Part shown: positions 18,856 to 26,355 of the stretch, one piece after another | How the letters are laid out: every line of letters starts with the position of its first letter | How positions within the stretch are numbered: position 1 is the first letter of the stretch | DNA from: Anaerolineae bacterium | GTDB taxonomy: Bacteria > Chloroflexota > Anaerolineae > UBA3071 | Direction: 5' to 3' | NCBI GenBank assembly: GCA_029907105.1 | Contig: JARYMM010000050.1 | Location: forward strand, 1-26,355 | Length of the DNA: 26,355 bases | Program-made: the position numbers and the translations under genes | The notes under the pieces: generated by a model | Told to the model about the DNA's origin: nothing | What the model saw: the letters and a program-made list of their open reading frames with translations, nothing else | Databases searched by the model: none

Positions 18856-20241
18856 TTATTCTCCTGCAATGACCATCTGCTCGAAGCGGATCGCTTCCGG
18901 TCCGAGGTACTCGCCCAGGAAGGCCACCTCCCGCGCGTAGGTAGCCTGGGCAAACCCGTCGAAGAGATTGGCGCTCAGCGCCCCACCCTTGATGGGCGTC
19001 ACCCTGTCACCATCTACGACGTAACCCAGGCGGATTTCGGCTACCACGTCGCCGGTAACCATGTCGGGCACCATATCGGAGAAAGCCACGATGTGGATCA
19101 GCGGCCCGTCGGCCAGGAGCTCGGCCAGCGGGGTCGTGCCCGGCGGGATGACCAGGTTGCCGAAAGCGCCGGTGGGCTCGATGCCCAGGTACTCGGCGTA
19201 ACGTTGGTTGGCCCAGAAGCGGCGCAACACGTTGTCCTCGATGATGACGACATCGCGCCCCGGCAACCCCTCGGCATCGCAAGGCCCGCTGTTCAGCCCA
19301 AAGGGCAGCAGGGCATCGCTGCGCAGATGGAGTGGCTCGCCTCGCACTTCTCGCAGGCCGAACACGCTCTGGCCCACCTCCAACTGGCTGAGCTTCTGGA
19401 ACTTGCTCTGCGCCGAGCTCTGCACGCGGAAGAAGGCCAGCATGTCCAGCAACGCTTCGCGGCTGATGACCACGGGGCCACGGTGCCCGGGGGGCACGGT
19501 GGCCCGCAGCGCGTCCCGCGCCTGGGCCGCCTTGCGCGCCACCAGCGCCGGGACATCGAAATCGGCCGCCCGGCGGCGCTGCTGGGCGGTGTGCATCTCC
19601 GATTCGTTGGCCCCATCGCTGGAGATGAGCACGAAGTCGAACAACGCCTGGCTGCTCCGCACGGCGGCCTGGACGCCGCGGCTGTTGCGCAGTTCGCTTT
19701 CCCCCACCTCCAGGAAACACTCGCTGCTGGACAGGCGCACCTGCGGCTGGCGGCTGGCGGCAGCGATCAGTTGGCCGCGCAGCTCGTCGAGCACTGCCCG
19801 CGGCTCTTCTGCCAGCCGCGGATCGAGGACCTCGACCGCCGGATAATCCGCCGGGCCAGGCAGGCCAAAGGGAGGGTTGCTGACCAGCCCGGCCATGAAG
19901 ACCGCCTCCTCCAGTTTGCGGGCGATGGCCGTGTCGTCATCCTGCGGCAGCACGACGAAGCTGGCCTCGCCGCGGGCCAGGTCGCCCTCCGGCCCTGGGT
20001 GGTCGTTGTAGATGCGCACCCTGGCGCGCACCGTTTCCACGCTGCGCTCGCTCTCCACCCGCTCGCCGACCAGGAAGAGCTGATGGCTGCGCTTGTGGTT
20101 AAGCTCCACCTGCCAATCGTGGACGGCAGTGTGGGCCTGTAGATGTCTGATAATTTGCTCTAGCACAGTGTACCCCCTCAAAAGAGACAAGGGGAGGAGA
20201 GGGGAGACAAGGAGATCTACAGCTTGTAGGCCTCCAGTCAT
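18856..20241 (-). CDS. pmbA: PmbA/TldE-type partner of the TldD metalloprotease (no HExxxH motif)
   Basis: 461 aa, with the family-typical C-terminus IVAFSDMVPDMVTGDVVAEIRLGYVVDGDRVTPIKGGALSANLFDGF. The start is uncertain. The listed ATG (20241) lies inside a long hairpin. An in-frame GTG at 20166 has a better Shine-Dalgarno (GAGGGGG, 6-nt spacer) and would remove the odd LLVSPLLPLSLL leader. Confidence 0.8.
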   Translation of the reverse strand: MTGGLQAVDLLVSPLLPLSLLRGYTVLEQIIRHLQAHTAVHDWQVELNHKRSHQLFLVGERVESERSVETVRARVRIYNDHPGPEGDLARGEASFVVLPQDDDTAIARKLEEAVFMAGLVSNPPFGLPGPADYPAVEVLDPRLAEEPRAVLDELRGQLIAAASRQPQVRLSSSECFLEVGESELRNSRGVQAAVRSSQALFDFVLISSDGANESEMHTAQQRRRAADFDVPALVARKAAQARDALRATVPPGHRGPVVISREALLDMLAFFRVQSSAQSKFQKLSQLEVGQSVFGLREVRGEPLHLRSDALLPFGLNSGPCDAEGLPGRDVVIIEDNVLRRFWANQRYAEYLGIEPTGAFGNLVIPPGTTPLAELLADGPLIHIVAFSDMVPDMVTGDVVAEIRLGYVVDGDRVTPIKGGALSANLFDGFAQATYAREVAFLGEYLGPEAIRFEQMVIAGE

Positions 20242-20280
20242 GCCGAATGTCTCCCCGTCTCCCTGTCACCTTGTCTCTTT
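20181..20280. repeat. About 100-nt imperfect inverted repeat (extended hairpin) between tldD and pmbA
   Basis: Four nested pairings are visible. aaagagacaagg (20181-20192) pairs perfectly with ccttgtctcttt (20269-20280). ggaga (20196-20200) pairs with tctcc (20258-20262). ggggagaca (20201-20209) pairs perfectly with tgtctcccc (20248-20256). The inner ctaca/tgtag pair lies at 20217-20229. GAGAC and GTCTC pentamers recur in the arms. Confidence 0.75.
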
Positions 20281-20289
20281 GTCTCAAGA

Positions 20290-21771
20290 CTACCCCAGCC
20301 GCGCCCGGAACTTGAGATGCGGGCCGCCGGAGCCGTTGGGCACAAGTTCCTTGTAGCCCTTGCCGCAGTAGCCGCCGCTGAGCTTGAGGTCGTTGCCCAC
20401 CATGCTGATGCTCTGCAGCAGGTCGGGCACGTAGCCGGTGATGCCCACCGGGGCAAAAACCCGGCCTGTGACCCGGCCGTTGACGATCTCCCGGCCATAG
20501 TGGCAGATCACCTGGATGCCCCAATCCTTGGGGTCTTCCATGCCACTGGAGCCATGTTCCAGGTAGATGCCCCGTGGCACGGAAGCGACCATCTCCTCCG
20601 GCGTGCTGTGGCCGGGGAGGATGTAGGTGTTAGACATGCGGGCGTAGGGCTTGCGAGCAAAGCTCTCGCGGCGGCCGGAGGCCGTGCGCTCCACGCCCAG
20701 GTACAGCGAGGAGGCGAGATCGCCCAGCCCGCGCTCCAGGATGCCCTCCCGGATGATGGTGATGGGCCGGGCTGGCTCGCCCTCGTCGTCGAAGAAGAAG
20801 CCGCCGTAGCCGCCCTCGGCCAACGGATTGTCCACCATGGTCACCAGCGGCGAGGCCACCTGTTTGCCCAGGTAGTCGCGGGCGCGGGCGCGGCCTTTGA
20901 GGAACATGTCCAGTTCCACGCCGTGGCCGAAGGCTTCGTGGGCGATGATGCCGGACACATCGGGGCAGGAGACGCAATCGTAGAAGCCCGGCTCGATGCG
21001 CTCGGCGCTCAGGAGGGCCAGCGCCGAATCACGCAACGAGGCCAGCGTCTCGTCTGTCACGGCGGCAACCTCGTAGCCCCTGGTGCCGTCTTGTATGCGC
21101 CAGTCGTAGACGGTGCGCCCGTTCTCGTGCACGAGCAGCATCATCATCAGGCGTGCCCGCTGGATGCGTTGCAGCAAGCGGCGGCTGCGGTTGACGAAGA
21201 GTTTGGTCTCCGCCTCATCCCTGTACAGGACGCGGGCATTGATGACCCGCGGGTCCAACGCGGCCAGGCGTGCCTGCACTTCCACGCAGTGGGCGAATTT
21301 CTCTTGCAAGGGCACGGTGGCCGGATCAATCTGGCAGGACGTGGCGTACGTTTGTTCCAGTGGCGGGCCGGGGTCAACGGGGAGGCCGTCGGGCTCGACG
21401 GTCAGCCCGGCGGCGAATTCCCGGGCCAGGCGCACCAGCCGGTCAGGATGCAGTTCGCTGGTGGCAAGCTCGGCCAGGCGGCGACCCGTCCAAAAGCTGA
21501 GCACCACGCCCAGCGAGGGATCGGCGGGCTCCACGTGTTGCTCGCGGCTCTCCACATGAATGGTGTGCCCTGTCTGCTGCTGCACCAGCGCCGCCGCATA
21601 GGGCACCTGCCTCTCCATGTCCTCGATGAGCGAGGGCAGGACGTCTCGAAGTCTGGTCAGTTCGGGGGGAATGTCCAATTTGCACCGCCTCAAGCGAAAC
21701 CTTCGTCGAGGCTTTGGAGGCGCGGCCTCGAACGTCGGCCTCATTATATCGCCGATTCCTATACAAGGCAA
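20290..21771 (-). CDS. tldD: TldD-family zinc metalloprotease
   Basis: 493 aa with the HExxxH motif HEAFGHGVELD and the C-terminal GYCGK...GSGGP signature. The N-terminal 31 residues (MPCIGIGDIMRPTFEAAPPKPRRRFRLRRCK) look non-native. An in-frame TTG at 21678 preceded by GAGG is a plausible true start. Confidence 0.85.
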   Translation of the reverse strand: MPCIGIGDIMRPTFEAAPPKPRRRFRLRRCKLDIPPELTRLRDVLPSLIEDMERQVPYAAALVQQQTGHTIHVESREQHVEPADPSLGVVLSFWTGRRLAELATSELHPDRLVRLAREFAAGLTVEPDGLPVDPGPPLEQTYATSCQIDPATVPLQEKFAHCVEVQARLAALDPRVINARVLYRDEAETKLFVNRSRRLLQRIQRARLMMMLLVHENGRTVYDWRIQDGTRGYEVAAVTDETLASLRDSALALLSAERIEPGFYDCVSCPDVSGIIAHEAFGHGVELDMFLKGRARARDYLGKQVASPLVTMVDNPLAEGGYGGFFFDDEGEPARPITIIREGILERGLGDLASSLYLGVERTASGRRESFARKPYARMSNTYILPGHSTPEEMVASVPRGIYLEHGSSGMEDPKDWGIQVICHYGREIVNGRVTGRVFAPVGITGYVPDLLQSISMVGNDLKLSGGYCGKGYKELVPNGSGGPHLKFRARLG

Positions 21772-21833
21772 GTCCGTCGGCGTGGGGGGTGTGTTTCACT
21801 TTAGTGGCGAGAGCGAGAGCCAGCCTGACCTGT

Positions 21834-22007
21834 GTCATTGCGAGTCCGCCATGGCAGGCCCCGCCATTCTAAAGGACAGAAACACCGCCCATCTTGTCAT
21901 TGCGAGGCGGCGGTTTTCCGCCGAAGGGCCACGCCGAGGCTCGCCCGAGGCGCAATCCCCAAGTCGCTACGTGGAGATTGCTTCGCCCCTGCGGAGCTCG
22001 CAATGAC
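21834..22007. repeat. Nested-palindrome MITE/REP-like element (GTCATTGCGAG termini) plus an adjacent partial copy
   Basis: GTCATTGCGAG occurs at 21834-21844 and 21896-21906. Its inverse, CTCGCAATGAC, occurs at 21997-22007. Inner inverted repeats are GCAATC (21952-21957) / GATTGC (21976-21981) and ggcgg-tttt-ccgcc (21909-21922). The element lies in the divergent tldD / hisS intergenic region. Confidence 0.7.
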
Positions 22008-22048
22008 ATTTCCAAAAAACTGAAATGCACCCTTTTGGCAGTGGCGAA

Positions 22049-22078
22049 TGGACAAGATGGGCAAAACACGCTATAATG
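22049..22078 (+). promoter_or_regulatory. Putative sigma70-type promoter of hisS
   Basis: -35 TGGACA (22049-22054), an 18-nt spacer, then -10 TATAAT (22073-22078). An AAGGAG Shine-Dalgarno at 22093-22098 lies 8 nt before the ATG at 22107. Confidence 0.5.
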
Positions 22079-22106
22079 GAGGTGCTTTCGTGAAGGAGAG
22101 AAGCCC

Positions 22107-23366
22107 ATGTACCAGGCAGTGCGCGGCACCCAAGACATTTTGCCCGACGATGCGCCCTACTGGCGGCATCTGGAGAACACCATCCACGACCTGTGCGCTC
22201 GCTACGGCTATCGCCGCCTGGAGCCGCCCCTTTTCGAGGAGACATCTCTCTTCGTGCGCGGCGTGGGCGAAGGCACGGACATCGTGGAAAAGGAGATGTA
22301 CTCTTTCACCGACCGCGGCGGCCGGGAGCTGACGTTGCGGCCGGAGTTCACCGCCGGCGTCATGCGCGCTTATATCGAGCACGGCATGCACACCTGGCCG
22401 CAGCCGGTGAAGGTCTATTCCATCGGCCCCGCCTTCCGCTACGAGGCACCCCAGGCGGGCCGCTACCGCCAGTTCCACCAGGTCAACGTGGAGGCCATCG
22501 GCGAGCAGGACCCGGCCGTGGACCTGGAGATTATGTCTGTGGCCTGGGACCTATACGAGACGTTGGGCTCGCAGGGGCTGTCGTTTCAACTGAATTCCAC
22601 CGGTTGCCCGGCCTGCAAGCCCGTCTACATCCGGCATCTGGTGGCCTACTACGAGCAGCACCTGGATGACATCTGCCCGGACTGCCGGCGGCGGCTGCAA
22701 CGCAACCCGCTGCGCGTGCTGGACTGCAAGGTGGAAAGCTGTCAGCCGATCATCGAGGCCGCGCCGCACATGCGCCAGTACCTCTGCGCTGAATGCGCCG
22801 AGCACTTCGCCACGCTGTTGGGCTATCTGGACCTCCTGGGCCGGCCCTACACGCTCAATCACCGGCTGGTGCGCGGGCTGGATTACTACACCAAGACGGT
22901 ATTCGAGGTGTGGGCCGGGGAGGGGTTGGGCTCGCAGAACGCCGTCTGCGGCGGCGGCCGCTACGACGGCCTGATCGAGGAGCTGGGCGGGCCGCCGACG
23001 CCGGGCATCGGTTTCGCCGCCGGGCTGGAGCGCATTATCCTGACCATGAAGGCCCAGGGCATTGCCATCCCCCAACTGCCCGCGCCGCAGGTGCTGGTCG
23101 CCCACCGCGGCGCGGCGGCCAAAGCGCGGGCGGTGGTGCTGGCCAGCGAGCTCAGGGCGGCGGGCATTGCCACGCTGCTGGCCTTCGGGCAGCGCAGCCT
23201 GAAGGCGCAGATGCGGGAAGCGGACCGCGCCGGCGTGCGCTTCACGCTCATCCTGGGCGGGGACGAGCTGGCCGCCGGCGAAGTGACGGTGCGGGACATG
23301 AGCGCGGCGGAGCAGCAGCGGGTGGCGCCGGCGGAGATCGCCGGTTGGTTGAAGCGGAGGCTGTAG
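22107..23366 (+). CDS. hisS: Histidine--tRNA ligase
   Basis: 419 aa with class II aaRS and HisRS signatures: AVRGTQDILP, LRPEFTAGVMRAY, YRQFHQVNVEAIG, GGGRYDGL. A C-terminal anticodon-binding domain follows. Confidence 0.95.
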   Translation: MYQAVRGTQDILPDDAPYWRHLENTIHDLCARYGYRRLEPPLFEETSLFVRGVGEGTDIVEKEMYSFTDRGGRELTLRPEFTAGVMRAYIEHGMHTWPQPVKVYSIGPAFRYEAPQAGRYRQFHQVNVEAIGEQDPAVDLEIMSVAWDLYETLGSQGLSFQLNSTGCPACKPVYIRHLVAYYEQHLDDICPDCRRRLQRNPLRVLDCKVESCQPIIEAAPHMRQYLCAECAEHFATLLGYLDLLGRPYTLNHRLVRGLDYYTKTVFEVWAGEGLGSQNAVCGGGRYDGLIEELGGPPTPGIGFAAGLERIILTMKAQGIAIPQLPAPQVLVAHRGAAAKARAVVLASELRAAGIATLLAFGQRSLKAQMREADRAGVRFTLILGGDELAAGEVTVRDMSAAEQQRVAPAEIAGWLKRRL

Positions 23367-23394
23367 CGGAGCAGCAGGTCGCAGGGGAGCAGGG

Positions 23395-23439
23395 CCCTCC
23401 CTCAGCCCCTCCCAGGGGGAGGGAGGAGCAGGGGAGGGG
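23395..23439 (+). other. C-run / G-run nested hairpin and G-quadruplex-type motif between hisS and the downstream gene
   Basis: CCCTCCC occurs at 23395-23401 and 23407-23413. GGGAGGG follows at 23417-23423 and GGGGAGGGG at 23431-23439. The G-rich half reads GGGGG-A-GGG-AGGAGCA-GGGG-A-GGGG. It could act as the hisS terminator, but it has no U-tract. Confidence 0.4.
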
Positions 23440-23469
23440 AGCAACAGGTGGGAAAAGGAGCGGCAAATC

Positions 23470-26355
23470 GTGGAATTACGTGACTATCCCCGGCCGGCGA
23501 ACGATACGGGCATCGGCGTGCACTGGAGCCCGGGCAATGCCGGCGCCGTGGGCCTGGGCGAGCTGCGCGATTACTGGCTGCCCGAACTCATCGCCCTGGG
23601 CGTCAAATGGGTGAAGCTCTTGCACGACGGCGGCGTGGAGTTCGCCGAACTGCTGCTGCAAAACGACATCATGCCCATCGTGCGCCTCTACCGCTATCAG
23701 CCCAATTCCACCGACCCCGCGCCGGGCAAGGGCACTTTGGGCCCGCGGGAAATCGAATACCTGGAACGCTATGTGGCCGTGGGCGTGCGCTATTTCGAGT
23801 TCAACAACGAGCCGGAGCTTTCCGGCGAATGGGCGGGGGGCCAGGTCCCTCCCAACGCCGAGGAAATCGTCGCCCGCCACGCCATCATAGATATGGAGAC
23901 CATCCTGGAGCGGGGCGGCTACCCCGCCGTGCCGGCCACGGCCATCGGCACCAAATGGGACCTCGTCGGCAAGATCGTCGCCCTGGACCGCCGTGACCTC
24001 TTCGACGAACCGGTCTGGGTCGCCGTGCACAACTACGACATCAACCATCCGTTGGATTACCCCTACGATGCCGTCAACCAGCAGGGACAACAACTCACGC
24101 CGGAAGAGTACGAGGAACTGAACCGCCAGGGAGCCTGGGATGGCCGCAACTGGGGCCACCGCTCGCGGGAATGGATCAACGAGCAACGCCGGCTGGGGGT
24201 CAACAGCGGCGATACCATCCACGACGACCCCTCCTGCTGGCTGGCCTACACCCGCTTCGACGACCTGGTGCGCCAACACCTGGGCCGTCCGCTGCCCATC
24301 CTCTCCACGGAGAATGGCCCCATCGTCGGCGAAGACGACGACCCCCGCTATCCCACCACCACGCCGGAGCGCCACCGCGACAAGGTGCTGGAGATGTGCC
24401 GCATCATGATGGGCACGAGCTCGCGCTTCGACCCTGCCCCTCCGCAGTACTTCTGCACCGCCTTCTGGCTGCTGGGCAGCGCTGTGCTGCGCACCAGCGG
24501 CTGGGAAGCACATGCCTGGTACAGCCCCACCCGCCCCGGCGGCCGCCTGCCCGTCGTGGATGCGCTCAAGGCCCTGCCCAAACAGCCACGGCCTGGCTTC
24601 GGCGGCCCTCCCCCCTCCCCCTGGGAGGGGCCGGGGGAGGGGGTGATCCAGGGCTGGGTGCGCAATGGCGCCGGTCGCCGCCTGCTCCTCGACGGCCCTG
24701 TCTCCCGCGCCACCGACGTGGCCGCCGACGAATCGTTCCGCTTCGAGCAACTGCCCGCCGGCCGCTACCGGCTGATGGTGCGCGGCACCGAACTCAGCCG
24801 GGAAGTGGTCTTGCCGTCGGGCCAGGCTTCGCTCACCGTGGACATGGAACTGACCCCGGTGCACATCGAACCGCCGCGGGAGGGCGTGCTGCGCGGCCGC
24901 GTGAGCGGCGGGGCGGGCTACACGCTGCGGCTCAGCGGCGCTGTGGACCGTACCGCCGTCGTCGCCGGGGATGAGACCTACCGCTTCGAGAAGTTGCCCG
25001 CCGGCCAGTACACCCTGACCGTGGAAGGGACCGCCGTCAGCGAAAGCGGCATCGTGCTGGATGGGCGAGGGGAGCGGGTGGTGGATCTGACGCTGGCCGC
25101 CGGCTGGACGTGGGAGCAATGGGATGGCGGTCCCGGCCCTGGCTTCGGCGTGGTGCGTTGCGCGGTGCAAGGGCTGGTGAACCTCCCCGTGCACCTGTGG
25201 ACCGATGGCTGGTCGGGCATCGTGCAGCGGACGGGCAGCAAGGCGGAGTACGGGCCGTACGCCTGCGAGTTCGCCCCCCTGGGCGGCGGCCACTACTATA
25301 TCGAGCCCGAGGGCTTGGGAGTGCAGGCGGACGTGCACATTGATGGCCGCCGTGTGGTGTGGGTGGAGTTCCGCGAGCAGGCCCCACCGCCGCCAGGGGC
25401 AAGCGTCATTCACGGACGGGTGCTGGGCGGAGCCCGCTACGCCCTGGAGCTCAGCGGGCCACCGGGGTTCAGCCGAGAAGCGCGCACGGACGATGAGGGG
25501 AGCTATCGCCTGGAGGGGCTGCCGGCGGGCACCTACAGCCTGCAACTGCTGCGGGTGAGCCGTCGGGAGGTCGGGCCGGGGGAGTGGTACGAGAGCAAGG
25601 CGGTCATCGCCGATCAGGCGTTGGAGGACATCGAGCTCGATGGACAGAACGAGGTGGCTCTCGATTTCGACGTGCGGCGCTACGATCCCTACCGTGGCAA
25701 GACGGTGCTGAGCGGCAAGCTGCCCGGCGGCGCCGGCCAGACGGTCGTCCTTATCTGGCCCGGCGGCTACCGCAACGAGGTGCGGGTCGGCGAGGACGAG
25801 ACGTTCCGTTTTCAGGAGCTGGGAGCCGGGACGTACGAATTACAGGTCAAGGACAGCAAAGTCAGCCGAACCTTCGAGGCCGACGGCGTGCAGGAGGTCT
25901 CCCTGGAGCTGTGGCTGCCCGGCGCGGGTCGGGGGGTCATCTGGGGCCGGGTGCGCGACGGCGCCGGCCGTCAGATGGTGCTGGAATGGGCCGAGGGCCG
26001 GCAGGAGACGGCGGTGGCGAACAACGGCATCTACCGCTTCGCTGACCTTTTGCCGGGGGAGTACACGCTGCGCATCGAGGGTACGCCTGTGGTGTACGAG
26101 GGCGTGCGGCTGGGCGAGGGCGAGACGGTGGAGGTGAACCTGGAGGTGCCGCCGCCCAAGACGATGGAGCACTACCTGCTGGTCGGCCGGGTGGTGGGGG
26201 ACCGGGAGGGGTTCCTGGCTGCCCTGCGCTATGCCGCCCGCTTTGGGCCCATCGTGGGCAGCGACGTCGAGGAAGCTCGCCAGGCGGCGCACGTGACCAT
26301 CCTTGGCGGTTCCAGGGCGGTCAGCCTGGACGACGAGCGCAGCCTGCGCGCCAGC
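23470..26355 (+). CDS. Large 3'-partial protein: N-terminal clan GH-A-like TIM-barrel glycoside hydrolase domain followed by at least 5 carboxypeptidase-regulatory-like (Ig-like) repeats
   Basis: This frame is not in the supplied ORF track. I translated it by hand from the GTG at 23470 (AAGGAG Shine-Dalgarno at 23455-23460, 9-nt spacer). It gives 962 sense codons with no stop up to the window edge.
- It has strong GC3 bias.
- Motifs YFEFNNEPE (candidate acid/base) and ILSTENGP (candidate nucleophile) lie about 167 aa apart.
- Repeats end in YRFEQLPAGRYRLMV, YRFEKLPAGQYTLTV, YRLEGLPAGTYSLQL, FRFQELGAGTYELQV and YRFADLLPGEYTLRI. Confidence 0.8.
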   Translation, partial: MELRDYPRPANDTGIGVHWSPGNAGAVGLGELRDYWLPELIALGVKWVKLLHDGGVEFAELLLQNDIMPIVRLYRYQPNSTDPAPGKGTLGPREIEYLERYVAVGVRYFEFNNEPELSGEWAGGQVPPNAEEIVARHAIIDMETILERGGYPAVPATAIGTKWDLVGKIVALDRRDLFDEPVWVAVHNYDINHPLDYPYDAVNQQGQQLTPEEYEELNRQGAWDGRNWGHRSREWINEQRRLGVNSGDTIHDDPSCWLAYTRFDDLVRQHLGRPLPILSTENGPIVGEDDDPRYPTTTPERHRDKVLEMCRIMMGTSSRFDPAPPQYFCTAFWLLGSAVLRTSGWEAHAWYSPTRPGGRLPVVDALKALPKQPRPGFGGPPPSPWEGPGEGVIQGWVRNGAGRRLLLDGPVSRATDVAADESFRFEQLPAGRYRLMVRGTELSREVVLPSGQASLTVDMELTPVHIEPPREGVLRGRVSGGAGYTLRLSGAVDRTAVVAGDETYRFEKLPAGQYTLTVEGTAVSESGIVLDGRGERVVDLTLAAGWTWEQWDGGPGPGFGVVRCAVQGLVNLPVHLWTDGWSGIVQRTGSKAEYGPYACEFAPLGGGHYYIEPEGLGVQADVHIDGRRVVWVEFREQAPPPPGASVIHGRVLGGARYALELSGPPGFSREARTDDEGSYRLEGLPAGTYSLQLLRVSRREVGPGEWYESKAVIADQALEDIELDGQNEVALDFDVRRYDPYRGKTVLSGKLPGGAGQTVVLIWPGGYRNEVRVGEDETFRFQELGAGTYELQVKDSKVSRTFEADGVQEVSLELWLPGAGRGVIWGRVRDGAGRQMVLEWAEGRQETAVANNGIYRFADLLPGEYTLRIEGTPVVYEGVRLGEGETVEVNLEVPPPKTMEHYLLVGRVVGDREGFLAALRYAARFGPIVGSDVEEARQAAHVTILGGSRAVSLDDERSLRAS

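Noticed and set aside
22008-22106. T-box or other riboswitch leader upstream of hisS
   Set aside because: The predicted promoter leaves a 5' UTR of only about 25 nt. No specifier or T-box-like conserved sequence is visible. The structured DNA further upstream is better explained as a repeat element.
23476-25545. 689-aa minus-strand ORF, the longest entry in this part of the track
   Set aside because: It lies antisense to a 962-codon plus-strand frame that has a Shine-Dalgarno, GC3 bias and recognisable domains. Its own translation is Ala/Gly/Arg/His/Pro-rich low-complexity sequence with no motifs. This is the usual shadow ORF of high-GC DNA.

Overview
GC-rich bacterial chromosomal DNA, roughly two-thirds G+C by eye, with strong GC3 bias in the real frames. 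The gene content and repeat types suggest a Chloroflexota-like organism, but that is inference only. All domain calls were made by eye from motifs; nothing was searched.

Layout: positions 215-21771 hold 13 consecutive minus-strand genes. hisS and a large 3'-partial gene follow on the plus strand.

Ordinary genes:
- LpxL/HtrB-type acyltransferase
- NfeD protease
- R3H/AAA ATPase
- GNAT-like protein
- exported Memo-AMMECR1 fusion
- TldD/PmbA pair
- HisS

Main finding: 6959-17776 is a tightly packed five-gene block, listed here in transcription order.
1. A membrane protein with two TrkA-N domains and a C-terminal RyR domain.
2. TIR-TM-coiled coil-15xWD40.
3. A small Nudix hydrolase.
4. A RelA/SpoT-type synthetase fused to TPR, a SLOG-like Rossmann domain and a second RyR domain.
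5. TIR-TM-double beta-propeller.
I read this as a candidate undescribed NAD/ADPR-type nucleotide-signalling (Thoeris-like) conflict or signalling system.

Other observations:
- The TIR-WD40 gene lacks a canonical start for its first TIR strand. It sits in frame behind the single TAA stop of the RyR gene.
- Structured intergenic repeats: a TTGGTA/TACCAA array, an ACGT heptamer array, a 100-nt hairpin between tldD and pmbA, a nested-palindrome MITE-like element, and C-run/G-run palindromes.
- The ORF track omits a 962-codon open frame at 23470->26355 and lists its antisense shadow instead.
- Nearly all long plus-strand ORFs in 1-21800 are antisense shadows.
- No rRNA, tRNA, CRISPR array, transposase or integrase was seen.
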